A stretch of DNA of 64,000 nt. Source: Lytechinus pictus. Its lineage: Eukaryota. Of this stretch, positions 26,686-40,049 are shown one piece after another (within the stretch, counting starts at the first letter, position 1; every line of letters starts with the position of its first letter). The position numbers and the translations under genes were made by a program. Under the pieces are notes generated by a model. It searched no databases, was not told the origin of the DNA, and saw nothing but the letters and a program-made list of their open reading frames with translations. Location of the stretch: assembly GCF_037042905.1 (NCBI RefSeq), contig NC_087252.1:310001-374000 (forward strand), written 5' to 3'.

Positions 26686-27609
26686 GTAAGGTTCTGCAAT
26701 TATAGATAGGTTGGTCGATCTATTTATTTGAGTGCGACAATAACAAGAAGGACCACACAATTTTAAGATTTAAACGGTAGACTGATTGAAAGATGGAAAT
26801 CGTTGGAGGGATCATAGTAATTTGATGAAGAATGAGACCAACTAGCCATAAGCATCGCCATGTTCGTTCTTGAAAGCAGATTATGTAGCTGTTAAGTGTT
26901 CTACAATAGTCATGATAGTAGGTTTATATGACGAATATGCCAGCAACAGGAATAAAACATGCATCTCTAGACCTAGTTCCTCATTCCTTAGATACATGGC
27001 TTGGATTAGGTATCCTTAGCACACCAAATTCAAAAGTGATTTAAAAACCTCAAACATTTGTGTTACCTAATAAGCAAGGTTGAAAGTACAGAGCCCTGAG
27101 GGACACCATGCAGTGGCTTGGATGTGACACGACATCAAATATACAAGTCTAGGAAAAGGATAACCAGGCGAGTCAGCATCGGTCAGTACTATGTTAGGGG
27201 TCCTTCCAAACTGTCTCTCACATGACCTTTTAAGGCTGCTTCATATCGCGAGCACAGTTTTATCTGTCACTTCTGATTCAGGCACGACCTTTTGATTTAG
27301 TGATGTTTATAACTTCATGACGACCCCAACCATTTTAATAGCGTCTACCTTTATCTTTATTCATATGTTCCCAGACCGTAAAGCCGATTTCCCTTTTCGA
27401 CGACCTTTGCGACAGTATTTGGGAACCTTGGGTCTGCCTTAGATAAGATTTAATTTATTTCCCTTTTTCTTTTACTGCAACCCTCTCAGTATAGATGGTA
27501 CACAGTTATTGTCTTGATATTCGTCGTAAATTTATTATAAGATTTTTTTTTTTACGCTGAGAAGAATAAAGTGAATTGAATTAAAATATCTCATTTATAA
27601 TTCTGCCAG

Positions 27610-27905
27610 GACGAAGTCACCACCAGCTCGTGACGAGTTTACGGACATCCTAAAGCAGATAGCAGACGATCTTTTCGATGAAGCCATGATTGACAGCCTT
27701 GGCGGTCAGCTGGGAATCATCCAGGGAGACATTGAGAGAGCCATCAAAACCAACATGAGATTTCACAAGATTACGAGTGATGGGACGTACGAGATGCTGA
27801 AGGAGTGGAAAAAGGGCGTGTCCGGGGAAGATGAACGGATTGAACTTAGGAGGGCGCTGGTGGCTGCTAAGCTAGTCGACATGGCTGATCGATATCTGCC
27901 ACAAG
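27610..27905 (+). CDS. death-domain gene, exon 6 (death domain)
   Basis: ILKQIADDL..IDSLGGQLGIIQGDIERAI..GTYEMLKEWKK..IELRRALVAAKLVDMADRYL has the six-helix death-domain pattern; acceptor ctgccag|, donor CAAG|gtatga. Confidence 0.88.
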
Positions 27906-28270
27906 GTATGAATTATAAATGGGATAACATTTTTATGCATTGGTGACAAGATATTTGACAGAAATGAAATCAAATAAGAGTAATGGGTTTTTATCCATGT
28001 ACTGTATGCCTACAGCCAACCTAAATACCTAAAGCCAACCTTAAAATGTTGTAATTGGTCAGAATTGAATGCCATAAGTGTGGATCTCCGAGGCTTATCA
28101 TCCTTTCATCAATACCATTTCGTCTTAATTACTTTGTTACGCCTCGATGTTTTTTAATCAATAAAACTTGATAGGTAATTTCAGTCAATCTAAGTGATCG
28201 AAAACATATCAAAACATAACATTGATAATAAAAACTGTCCCTGTTTCCCTACAATTTGACAATGTTCTAG

Positions 28271-28851
28271 AAGTGGAAGCAGCCTTGGAAACCCCCGACC
28301 TTATAAACAAGAATAGGGAGAAAGACACCAACATAGAATGTGAGGAGGATGGAGAGGTTCCGAAAGAGGGCATCAGCAAAGGTAAGGAAAGGGCTAACCA
28401 GTCTTATGATAAAAACGAAATCAAACAATTAGAGACGGTTGAATCCGATCAAAACGAAGACGTAGACTCTGACGTATCTGACGATGTCGCTAAACAGCAA
28501 GAGCTAGAGCGAAGGGCATTGATGTTTGTTCAAAAAGATGGCAATACCAATGGTTTGGAAATGCGGAAAGCTGGAGTAAATTTTAACATTGGTAACATCG
28601 AAGGAACTGACAACCCTCCATCTGATGCATCGATCGTTACTGAGATTCATGAGACACAGCTGGTAGAAGATACGAGTGGAGATGGTGCGCATGACATCAT
28701 AATACCAGATACAGAGTTAAAACATGGGAGCAGAAGGGAAACGGGGCAGTTTGGAGAACGGTTGGGGGTAGGAATGAAGAGTGAACCATTTTTTAGATGG
28801 AGGCTGAACAATAGTTCGGATCCGGTCAAATTCTCTTGTATTTGCTGTTAA
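28271..28851 (+). CDS. death-domain gene, last exon (acidic, probably disordered C-terminus)
   Basis: Acceptor gttctag| (phase 1) in frame with ORF 28222..28851; stop TAA. The seven exons sum to 2478 nt (825 aa plus stop). Confidence 0.7.
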
Positions 28852-28880
28852 TAATTGTAATCTTAGGATTTTTTACTTAA

Positions 28881-29629
28881 CCCTATCTAGACCGGGGAGG
28901 GGGGGGGGGGTGCTCCGGGGCCCTCCCCCTCAACTATTTGCACAAGATTTTCGCTGCAGGAATTTTTTTGACCGCATCGGTCGCTCGCGGACTTTTTACT
29001 TTCAAGTCTTGCGCATCTTTTGAGACCAAATTTTTAACGCCCGTTTACGCGGTTCCGAAATTACGCCACTTTATTTTGTAAGTGCATGTCTAACGAAATT
29101 GCTCAAAAACATGACTTTTGTGTACAAAGTAAATGTGTTTTTGACCCCCCCCCAAAAAAAAAATCATAAGTGTATGGCTATATTTAGTTTTGCTGATCTA
29201 AATAAATTAAATTTATGCTGCATATGATCTCAAAAGTGTCCCCGACAAAGTTCATCGAAAAAAAACAATGAAAAACAGAAGGTCCCCAAAACAAAGAAAT
29301 ACACAGGAAATTGCAAAACAATATATTTCATAACAAGTCTATGTGATATCGCATTTTTTAATGTACATTTGTTAAGAACACCATTAAAGTTTCTACGCCA
29401 AAAAATAGTACATTTGGAGCTTTATCTAGGGATCGAGTTACAGGAAAAAGTATGATTTTTCATACTAATTACGCATGAATTAACGTACTCAATAGCAATT
29501 TTCATGATATAAATTTCATACAATTTCTTAGGTTTTGTCCAAACAACACGCGTGAAAATTTCCGGCGTAATCGACGGCCGAGATCCAAAGACCATAATGA
29601 TCTCCCAAAATACCCCGGCCTAGATAGGA
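28881..29629. mobile_element. piggyBac-like MITE (related pieces near 11780-12448 and 20690-21165)
   Basis: ttaa|ccctatctagaccgggg ... ccccggcctagatagga|ttaa; internal sequence shared with 11810-12100. Confidence 0.75.
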
Positions 29630-30828
29630 TTAAACATCTTATATTTTGTATCACCAACTCCTGAATATTTGTATCTTACAGTAATTTTTGTTTGTCTATA
29701 CTAATAGTCAGTTGGGAAGTGAGTGAAATTTTTAGGGGGTCAGACATGGTGTTTGGGGCAAAATTTATAAGCTGAGAGCGAGCGAATTCTCCGAGCAAGT
29801 AAATATTCTGAAAATTAAATTCTAAATTTAAATTTTGTGTAGGGGAGGGGGATGAGGGTGTCCGACATATACCACATTGTTTGATTTGCACAGATTCTGG
29901 CAAAAAGCATACAAATGTCTCTGTGCCACCTGATTTAATATCGTTTGTTATATATGCCCCAATGTTGATTTCTCTGATTAATATATACTTTATCAATTTT
30001 TGGTTTGTTGCCATTTTTTTTATCTAGTCTCATGTTATATCATTGAAGTGCATAACTTTTTAAAATAGGAAAATGGTTCCGGGATAAGTGCCATTTTGAA
30101 TGTTTTTTAAGCGTGCCTGTAGGCTTACATTTAACGATAGTTAATATAAGTATACAATACAATTATCACAAAAGCTGTTCGTTTTATGAATAATACTACG
30201 AGATGAAATCATTTCTCAGTAAAAGATACATTATTATCTGAATTTAGTGCGTTTTTACATGAGATATTATTGTTTTGGGGGCCATTCTCTACAAGCAGTT
30301 TGCTTTTTTATGGTCCTAGTCATATTTTTCACCATTTATTACATAATTATGTACACTATATGATTTGTATATACATATTTTTATGGTTGAATAAATTGAA
30401 TTGAATATTCAAGCAGGAAACAAGAGTGTCACACAGTGTAGAATGGACTGTTTTAAAATGTGTTTTGGACTGTTAATGATCCCCTCTCGAGATTCGTATT
30501 CAACATTTTTAATGTAAATGCGTCGTTCATACAGAAAGTATGCCCTCCCCCCTTTTGAGAGTCACAGGAAATATTTCCAATGGGAAAATATCTCTCTTAC
30601 ACAAGTGAGGACCTTTTTAATTTCATTTGTGTGTGTGTGTGTCATGATTTTTTTTTTTTTTATTGACAACCCTTTTTTTTGCTTGTTTAATTTTCCTCGG
30701 AAAGATGTGCCTCCCCTTGCAAACATCATACTGTATGACAATGTTTTTTTTTCCTAACCAATAATATCATTTTCTTAGGTCAGCTCAAAATTTAGGGAAT
30801 TTCCATAAAACCAATATCGTCAACTTTA

Positions 30829-31120
30829 TCACAACCTGACAACCATCACCACTAACATCACCATCATCATAATCATCACCATCATCATCATCATTACCAT
30901 CACCATCATCATCTTCATCACCATCATCTTAATCACCATCACAACCATCATCATCATTATCATCATCATCATCACCACCACCACCATCATCATCATCGCT
31001 CTCATCATCATCATCACCATTATCATCAACACCATCACCATCATCACCATCACCATCACCATCATCATCACCATCACCATCATCATAATCACCATCATCA
31101 TCACCATCATCATCATTACC
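30829..31120. repeat. (CAT/CAC)n microsatellite
   Basis: Seen directly in the sequence. Confidence 0.9.
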
Positions 31121-31363
31121 AAAACTAATATTGCTGGTTTGTAAGACAAATTTTCCTCAGATGGACTGAAGATCAATCAGAGTAGCTAACAGTGGATCTA
31201 AGATCACTTGAAAATGGTTTCATATTGTTTGGCATCTTTTTTGGCACACCCACTACCCCCCCCCTCACCAAAAAAAAAAGAAAGGGAAGAAAAAGAGAAA
31301 ATAAATATATACAAAATAAACATATTCAATAAAACGAATGAATGATGAGAAATTCAATTAACA

Positions 31364-31369
31364 TTTATT
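31364..31369 (-). terminator. candidate poly(A) signal of the dynein gene (3' UTR about 2.3 kb)
   Basis: AATAAA on the minus strand followed by T-rich sequence. Confidence 0.4.
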
Positions 31370-32699
31370 AACAAATAAAGATATTTCCTCAATTCAAATA
31401 AATTTCACACAGCAAATTATATTGGACGGCTCAGCATACAAAGAGATGAAAATTTAATCAATTCATACATGGAATACACAAAGGGAAAGACTCTGGGGGA
31501 AGGACACGATGCAGCAACATACTGCTTTTTATAATGCTGCAATAATATCACTGACTGTAACTGACTCCAAACCGACTGACGGTATGTCATTAGAAGTTAT
31601 GTAATAGATTTGCTCAGTCTAGAGTTGGTCTCGTTGGAGTGACTGTGACAACAAAAATATAAAGTTTGATTCTCCTTGGAAAATTCATAGAGAGGCTGAT
31701 CCTCATTTATCAAAAAAGTTGTAATCATTAAAAAGGTTCAACTTGGCAATCTATCATTATCCAACATATCCTCTTACTTCTGCTAAGTTCAGTTGAGGAA
31801 ATAATGAACAGTTTGACTTGAAAATTAATCAAAGGGTTGCTGCTATCTTGTGTGTCAGGATGGACTTGCCGATAGAGTAGATGAAAAAGGACGGAAAACT
31901 TTTAATCCCTGCAAACAGTTGTCAAATAAATTCACGAATCTTTTGACATCTAAAATGTCATTTGGTGGTCTCACTACAAGTAAACTTTTTTATCTATATA
32001 CACTGTATAGTACAAAATAAAATTAATCTTGATATTTACATTTCAAAGTATATGTGTTATTAACATTTACATATAATGATTAATATGTACATATCAAAAT
32101 GGACAATTTCTGCGACGTCATAGAAAACAAGACAAAACAAATAAATCTCCTACAAACTTTGTAAAGAATACAAATGAAAGTTTATCCTTACAAAATTATT
32201 TTAGGAATGTGCAGATATTTTATTCCCATCCATAAGGAAAAACCACTGTACATTTATACAAAATATGTATATCTACAGCCTTTTTATGCTAGCAAGTCCA
32301 GCTGGAAACAGAGTTTCCAGTTCCAAATCATACATTCATTTCAGGTCATATTTTTCAATCTTGGGAGATAAGAATCCCCTTTATCCAAAAGCTACAGACA
32401 TGGTATAATATTACTTGTGGTGTTGTTGTTGGAGAAACATGAACAACATCCTTTACATTCATCACCCAACAATGAATCATTTGATTTGATTACTTGGAGT
32501 ATGTAGGAAATGTATAATTTGGTGGTATTTCTGATGATTGATCTTAACAATGACCATGGGTAGGACTACATATTAAAAACACAATACGTGTTATTGACTG
32601 GCTAAGAAGGCCTACAGCAATGGGCAATATCAGAAGGGACATCTCTATACAAATATGTACTTGTTAATTAAATTTTCCACTGCATTCCATGAATGCACA

Positions 32700-32870
32700 G
32701 GGGGTCGTTTCATAAAGCTGTTCGTAAGTTAAGAGCGACTTTAAGAATGACTGGTGATCCTTTCTTACAGGCTAAACAGTCGCCAAGTAATATACCTTTT
32801 ACCACAAGAAAGGATCACCAGTCATTCTTAAAGTCACTCTTAACTTACGAACAGCTTTATGAAACACCCA
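32700..32870. mobile_element. palindromic MITE in the putative dynein 3' UTR
   Basis: Arms of ~65 bp: gtttcataaagctgttcgtaagttaagag.. / ..ctcttaacttacgaacagctttatgaaac. Confidence 0.8.
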
Positions 32871-33632
32871 CCAGGTATAAAATAGCATGCTATTCAAAGT
32901 AGATTTCTAGTATGCACAACTCCTTATAACAGCTAGGATCCTACATTGCCTCTATGACTCCTTGTCATGTACAGTTTTATAAACAAAAGAAAATTTGCTC
33001 TTTATCACCAATATAAAATCAAGGTTTAGTTATGTACATGTAGTAGTATAATATTTACACGATTCTGTCATAATGTTTCTTAAACACACATCAATTATCT
33101 ATTAAAACACATATCAGTATCACAGAAATAGAAAATAGTGAAATTTACAAATATAAGTCATTACAACTTTCTTATTATTACAGTATCATAACATATATAT
33201 AACTCTATTTCTACTGGACTGAATTCTTGTTTTTCAAATGCTTCTCCCGTTCTACTCACTAGAGCATCAAGCTCTTGACTGTAAATGTATGAATGGTTTT
33301 TCACATGCTATTCATGTTCTAGGAATCCCATTCTTACCAAGCATTGTCATACCATGAACACCAAGGTGATAAAATAAATACCATCCAAATTGATCCACAT
33401 CTCTGACATTGACATTGAACCTTGCATAAATTCATCTCACTTGAACCAACAAATAATTGCATAAAGATATAATTTAAATGGGATTCGAAGCAATACAAGG
33501 ATATAAAGGCGGTCTTTGAAATTTCAAAACAAGTGCTCCCTGTTTTAGTAGTTTGATAAAATGTATTGTCGGATATGTCTACATACTGACAGATGAGGTA
33601 AATAATGCAAACAATACAAAGTATGGAATACC

Positions 33633-35161
33633 TTAATAGTTTGGATCATCCTTGTTGAAGACACTTCTTTGATCAGAGGCTCTACTTGCTGACATTCCTC
33701 TCCCTTGGCTACTAGCCCTACCCTGACTGCTTGCCCTACCATGGCTAGCAGCAGATTTCACATCCTTAGATCTTGTCTTGCCTTCTTCATCGCTGCTTCC
33801 ATCCCCAACAATCGCTTCAATGGCTTGCTCAAAGAAGTTCAGAGACTCCTTAGAGCTATGATGATCTTTCTTGTCCTTTGAGGCATCTCCGTTGGTAGGA
33901 AACTTGTCCCTTTCCTCGTCGTCATCCTGGCCAGACTTGACTGATCCACCTGACCTGACGGATCTCCTGGAGCTAGTGCTTCCTGGCCGGCCGGACTTCC
34001 TGGAGCCACCGCTTGGAGGTCGGGGTTGGAGTTCCTTCCCTTGGTTTGGACTGCCATCGCTATCAACTGAATCTCTTCCTTCAGATTTGCTTGACTCTGC
34101 CGATGATGCCCGATCCTTGGTGGTTTTAGGTAAACTCTTCCTGGATCCACCACTCCCAGTTCTCCTTGATCCTTTGTCTGAAGCATACACGTCTTCAGCA
34201 GCTTTAAGGCTCTTCCTTGAAGCTGTGTCATCATCCTTGGTAGACTTCCTTGACTGGATGCTTGTCCTTGAACCACTCACATCATCCTTTGGTTTGACAC
34301 TATGTCTGGACCCATTCTGGCTACCATATGGCGAGCTTCGTGCCTCCTCACCAGACCTGTCCTTATGGTCAGACCTTTTATTTCTTTTGGATGTTGCACT
34401 GTGTCTTGATTGTCCGCTTTTTTGAGATGCCGTTTCAAAGAAGTCGTCTTCCCCTCTCTTAGGCTCCTTCTTTCCTTCGTTCTCACCATCAGAATACTTC
34501 TTATCATCCTCCTCATCAGAGTATCTCCTGACATCCTTTGCAGAAGCACTTGATGCCCTTGAAGAATGATGAGAACTTCTGGTGGATGACCTCTCACTTG
34601 CTCCATCATAATCCTCCCCATAGTCTGCCTCTCCTGGATCATTATTAGCATTCTCATTGTCAAGCTCATCCTGCTCATTGGGGTCAGCGTTCTTGCTATC
34701 GTTCAGAGAACTTGTGAGATTTCTGTAATCAAAAGTAGACGTCTTATGACGCTGTCTTTCCTGCTCAATGGACCGTGCAGTCATCATCAGTTCAACATTT
34801 TCTTCCAACTCAAAATCATCATCTGCCTCCATTGCTGCTTCCTCTTCCTCTTCTTCAAAGACGGTATCCTGCTTCTTCTCTTCTTCTTCCTCTTTCTCCT
34901 CGATGGTTACCTTCTTGTCTGACCTCACTGACTGCCTGCTGTTGGACGGTCGGCTCATCGCGGAATGCCTTGACCCTGAACCAAGCCGTAGTCCGGTGGC
35001 GCTACCAGGTTTGCTTCCGATAGAGCGGCGTGACGCTTGGGATGGTGGTCCCCTTTCACTGGTTCCGTCATCACTCTGCTTTACAGCTGCTTCCTCTATG
35101 GTCCTCACCGAGTGTTGCATAGAAGGCTGAGGCCACTTCCTGGCTCCATTCTCTGGTGCTT
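33633..35161 (-). CDS. DNHD1: DNHD1-like dynein, terminal exon with a ~510-aa S/R/D/E/K-rich disordered tail
   Basis: Acceptor ctttacag| in phase 1, in frame with the 516-aa ORF; stop TAA at 33633. Confidence 0.8.
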
Positions 35162-35515
35162 CTGTAAAGTCAATGTATAACACAATGAAAGCCGATTAAG
35201 CAGAAAGTTTTCATGGTTGCATCAAGACCCGCGTGCTATAGATCTTGAACTGCATTGACTTAAACGGAGTATAAATAAGTCTATGTTCCTAATACACCAG
35301 AGTAAAATTCTGCTAAGAGCTCTTGGTAATTTATATAACCCTCCTTTTTCAAACTCCTAATGATAATCAAATTCATTAGCATTCACAATGCAGAAATTTT
35401 CCTTTATTAGCTTAAACATTTACATAAACACAATATAGAGAAAGCATTAACAATATGGAAGAATTTAAAAACTATGAAAATGAACATAAAGGCTGAGTTA
35501 GGAAGGAGAACAAAC

Positions 35516-35600
35516 CTGGATCTAGGATGAGAGCCGTTCCTGCCATAGTCCATTGCTCTACAGGAAGTGGGCAAGCAAGGTCAAAGGTGAATACACAAAC
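35516..35600 (-). CDS. DNHD1: DNHD1-like dynein, exon (canonical dynein C-terminus)
   Basis: VCVFTFDLACPLPVEQWTMAGTALILDP matches dynein WxxRGVALL; there is no stop and the exon ends at donor CCAG|gtttgt (phase 1). Confidence 0.88.
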
Positions 35601-35659
35601 CTGAATAAAAGACAAAATAATAATACTAAAATAATACATAAAACAAGTTTGGAACAACA

Positions 35660-35933
35660 GGGCACCATCTTACAAAGAGTTGCGATTGATCCGATCAACC
35701 ACAACTATGGAGAGTCAGCAATATCAAACTCTAAAATGCATGTTTGTTCAAATTATTTTCTACTTATGATGTACATATTCATACATGCATCGTTTTCTTG
35801 AAAATTCAGTGTGCTTTTCTATGTTTACAAAGGACATTGTTCAAATTTCCTGTACAAAAAATTATGACATTGATGGATTTCCATATATTTGAGGTCAATC
35901 AGATCAATCGTAACTCTTTATAAGACGGGGCCC
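35660..35933. mobile_element. MITE (second copy at about 52160-52429)
   Basis: TIRs gggcaccatcttacaaagagttgcgattgatc / gatcaatcgtaactcttataagacggggccc. Confidence 0.8.
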
Positions 35934-36474
35934 AGAAAAACTGGTAGTCATGAATTTAGACATACATAAGAGGTACAATCGAATCCCATATTATTTTCAC
36001 TTGCAAAGATCCCTTGTGTAGTTGGGTTCAATAAAAACTGCAATGTAGAATGAATAGAAGAATCACATAGAACCCCAATACTGATTTTTTTTAGGTTAAA
36101 AGACTAATGTGGATTTGATCAATAGAATCAAATTAAAGACAACTCATCAGAGTAAGAAAACTACAGCTCAAATTGATATTACGTATCATTTCTATCTGAT
36201 CTTTGTGAATTTACAGTTCAAATCTACTCTAATTTGTCAAAGTGAAGCAAAGAGGCTTCGTTAAAGATATATGCCAGTTGTGTTAACAATATCCAAACAA
36301 ATTCATACAGAATCCGATCACATGACCAACCAAGTGTTTGTATGTATTTTTGTGCGCTGTATTGTTTGTATTTCACCTAGGCAATTGACTTGCACAAACT
36401 AGTATGATAATAAGCGGACCCCCAGTCTGTACTCAACAGGAAGAAGAAGGACCCACCTGTCTTAATTGATTTAA

Positions 36475-37410
36475 GGACGTTCCACAGTTATGTTTGTGCG
36501 CATTATGATCTGCGCATAGTTTACACTCTGCGCGCTGACGTCACAATGGATGAACAGGTGATTAATTAGCTGCGGGTATGTGCTGATTTTTCTCGTCTTC
36601 TGCACTTTAACTGCAGATCCGATGCGTTATTTCATGAAGCTAAAAAATGGAATTATTCCATGGACCATTCAAAAAAAGATTCTCTACAATTTCAAAATAC
36701 TTTACTCTGCAGTGCTGCCAAGAATCACGAATATTACCCCGAGTTTGAATAAATGGTAGAGTGGTTTTGATTTTTTCTTCACATAGATACAAAGCATTCG
36801 GCGCATTTTTGGTGTTTTAAAAAGCACATTTGCTCTAATAAAAATACTGATAGTTTAAAAACAAGCACATGAACCCCTATTTTTTAATGTTTGTTCCTCT
36901 TAGATATACCTTCCTCTACAACTTTACAAATTTTGGTGAAAATGACATGGATTTTGAATAAAGTGCAGCATTTATTGTACTTTTGTAGTTTGTTACTATA
37001 ATTTCACATTTTTTAGATTGGGATTTTGTTATCTTTTACGCCATTTTTAAGAACTGACAGTGCTGTTAAACTTAAAATTGCAAACAAATAGCACTATAAA
37101 TATATTCTCCATTCTAACGATACAATTATTAACTCTCTTGCGAAATTTGACAACTTTTTCATGTATTTTGACTGAGTAATACAGGTTTAAACTCATTGTA
37201 GTAATCTTGTGCGGTCTAAAAATGCCAAATTCTTTTGAATGCGCAATTCTTAAGAACATCAATTTGGGTGAACTTTGAAGTTCTATAGCAAAAAATCAAG
37301 CACATGGACCTATGTTAATTTTTGCATATTTCGAATATTAAGGTTCTAAAGTATTTATGTGCAAAGTTTGGTGAAAATGACATGGATTTCACTTTAACTG
37401 TGGAACGTCC
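36475..37410. mobile_element. TTAA-flanked (Kolobok-like) non-autonomous element
   Basis: ttaa|ggacgttccacagtta ... taactgtggaacgtcc|ttaa, a perfect 16-bp TIR. Confidence 0.85.
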
Positions 37411-37493
37411 TTAAGAATACTGGAATCAGTCAAGACAGGTGAGTTATCTTTAATGAATAAATTCATAATTATAAAAATGTGAGGAACACCTAC

Positions 37494-37704
37494 CTGTCTT
37501 GATTGATTCAAGAATACTGGACACTGATAGACACCCAGCTGAGGGCGCTGTTTATCATCATCCACATTCTCTCCTGCTGTATTAGAAGATGATTCATGTT
37601 GGCTAGCTTGGTCTGTGTTGGACTCAGAACTCCTAGCTGTTTCAGGTTCTTTATCACTTATGACTGGTCTGACGTACATACTAGGCATCGCTGAGAGGGA
37701 TGAG
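37494..37704 (-). CDS. DNHD1: DNHD1-like dynein, exon (C-terminal domain)
   Basis: ..VYQCPVFLNQSRQ matches dynein YxCPVYxxxxR. Confidence 0.88.
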
Positions 37705-38233
37705 CTGAATGGATACACAGAAAACATGATATCATCAATCTATAACGTGCACATATCCGGCAAACGTTTGATCAAGGCGTAACAACACAAGAATTATCAT
37801 ATATTTTACAATTTGGAATAAAAAGGTGAGAATTTTAAGATTTTACTTTAAGATATAAGGAAGTGAAAGACTCCCTCCAGTGCTATCAATAATTGTGCAA
37901 TATAAGTGAGGATGCATGGGAAGTTTATGCAAGAAAGAGTTAATGGAGGCGCTGCATCAAGAAGCCATCTCATTTGAAGCAAGAAGCTTTGCCGACCTGG
38001 AGGAAAGGCGCAGAAAAAGATGACCAAAATCAAGATGCTTCTCCCTAAGATCAAGCCCACAAATTTCCAAGATACGAAAGAGTAAGTCTCTCAAAAATTG
38101 AACTTTCTAGTCATCAAGAGATCTTGTATCTCATAATTATCTCCCAAATCGTTGTTTCCAAAGTAATACATATTTAGCTAAATAAGCCCCACCCTGTAGT
38201 TTCTAATCAAAATACATGACAATAATGACTTAC

Positions 38234-38373
38234 CTTGCTAGGGCTAGGCAGCCATGTTCAAGGTCCCAGGTAGCTCCGTCAAGATAAACATCTCTAATAT
38301 ACATCCCTCCAGGATGAATGATATCAAAACTATCTTCATTCAGAGAACGAGATACCTCACATGAGATACCAAC
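38234..38373 (-). CDS. DNHD1: DNHD1-like dynein, exon (C-terminal domain)
   Basis: GMYIRDVYLDGATWD matches dynein GxYIxGLxLEGAxWD. Confidence 0.9.
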
Positions 38374-38798
38374 CTGAAAACAAAAGAAACACAGATTAAC
38401 AGCTACAAAAGTAATTATAAAAATCAAAAGTGTTCACCATTTTTCCTGTCAATCATTACAATGGTTGTGCATAGCTGCCTATATAATGGTCCATCAATAG
38501 AAGAAGTGCCGCACCTGGGTCGAGTGTGACAAATTTAGATTAATGTCTTACCACAGGACAGTAAACACAATATCACCCAAGCACTAGATGGATTCTAGAC
38601 ATGAAATGTCATGAAAACTAATAAACTCATTGCCATTTCTACATGTACATGTATATGCATACTCTAACCAAATTTTAACTTGATCTGTCCAATGGTTCTT
38701 CAGTTATTGCGAGATCAACAACATGATGGATGGATTCCCCTATAACAAAATGCATCCAGCAACTACCTACAATGGGCAAAGACAAATAAAGTCCTTAC

Positions 38799-39001
38799 CT
38801 CTGATACAAGACACCCAGCGAGGGCGGCCTTCTCCTGTCTCAGTGAAGTGATAACGGCCGTCGGGTTGACCAACCCTCCCATCCAGATGGACAGTAGATG
38901 ACCCCTCGGTTCGGTTTGGATCGGAACAATGTCCGGAGCAGAGCGGGGTACCTTACCCTCTTTGATCCACGCCTGCATCTGGTCATGACGTCTCTTCAGG
39001 T
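38799..39001 (-). CDS. DNHD1: DNHD1-like dynein, exon (C-terminal domain)
   Basis: DLKRRHDQMQAWI..IWMGGLVNPTAVITSLRQ. Confidence 0.88.
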
Positions 39002-39847
39002 CTGGGATAAAGAAGAGCAAACATTGAAAATGCATAGACCTTGGGTACTGACAGCTAGAACTGTCCATGTGAGTGACTACTAATGAAAACAACTGAAAAT
39101 CACAAAAACTCATATCCTTCCGTGCAGACACAAGTACACAAAAAGCTGAAAATGATCTCACAATAAAGAACAATAATAACTGAAATCAGCAAAATGAACT
39201 CTAACATCCCTGATAATATCAGAATTACCTGTAAGTCATACTGATTTGAATGTGCATTTGACAGTTCTCTCTCTCTCTCCCTTTTCTTCATCCCACTATG
39301 TCTTATTCAAGTGCCTTGAGTATTTGTATCGAATTGAAATGGCGCTATTACTAGTTATTCACGTAACAGATACCTGTCATGATTGGCTATCCTATTGGAG
39401 TCATCACTTTTATATCACTGAAATTATTATTCTCAAATCAAGATTTCCAATACTTTCTTCTTCTGGATCATGCAGATTTCATGTATTGTGCTTCATTCAA
39501 GCATGAATTAGTGCCATTTAAAATCATGCAATCCGTATTGGAATTGACTTACCGTACTCAATGAAACCACCTTTGTGACATTGGGCCTATGAATATCAAA
39601 GGGTTTGAATTATATCCCATTGAAGGGAAATCATCTTTCAGTTTTGCCCCCTAAAGAGAATCCTCTAACATGAGGGCCACCCCCTTTTATATTTTACACA
39701 AAACAAGGTTTCTATCGCCAAAGATTTTTGCTGTTTTCTGGCATAGTTTTTACATAAAATAAGCTTCCTATTGCTAAAGGTTGGCGACAGAATTACGAAT
39801 ACAAAACTCTTTTCTGGCTTTATTTGTAAATAAGCATTGCTGCTTAC

Positions 39848-40049
39848 CTCCGACCCATGAGATGAGAGTATGTCCGCTAGGTTGTCTATTAGGATGTACC
39901 CACGTAGCTGGTACAGCATCTTGTTGGAGAGCCATAGCTAGGTGTCTGATGGATGGTTTCATGGCGTATTGACCTTGTAACATGCAGCATTCAACCTCAT
40001 GAAGGCTTTGACGAACATGACACAGCAACGAGTTATACCAGTGACATTC
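39848..40049 (-). CDS. DNHD1: DNHD1-like dynein, exon (C-terminal domain)
   Basis: ECHWYNSLLCHVRQSL..VPATW..LISWV matches dynein QExxRxNxL..VPxxW..LxxW. Confidence 0.88.

Noticed and set aside
27375..27414. Alternative small exon of the death-domain gene (DRKADFPFRRPLRQ)
   Set aside because: It is phase-compatible but has a weak donor (CA|gtattt). Exon 26613-26685 has better signals, so it is not called without transcript data.
33839..35130. Overlapping ORFs in alternative frames or on the opposite strand of the long dynein terminal exon
   Set aside because: These are shadow ORFs of a GC-richer coding exon with no independent features.
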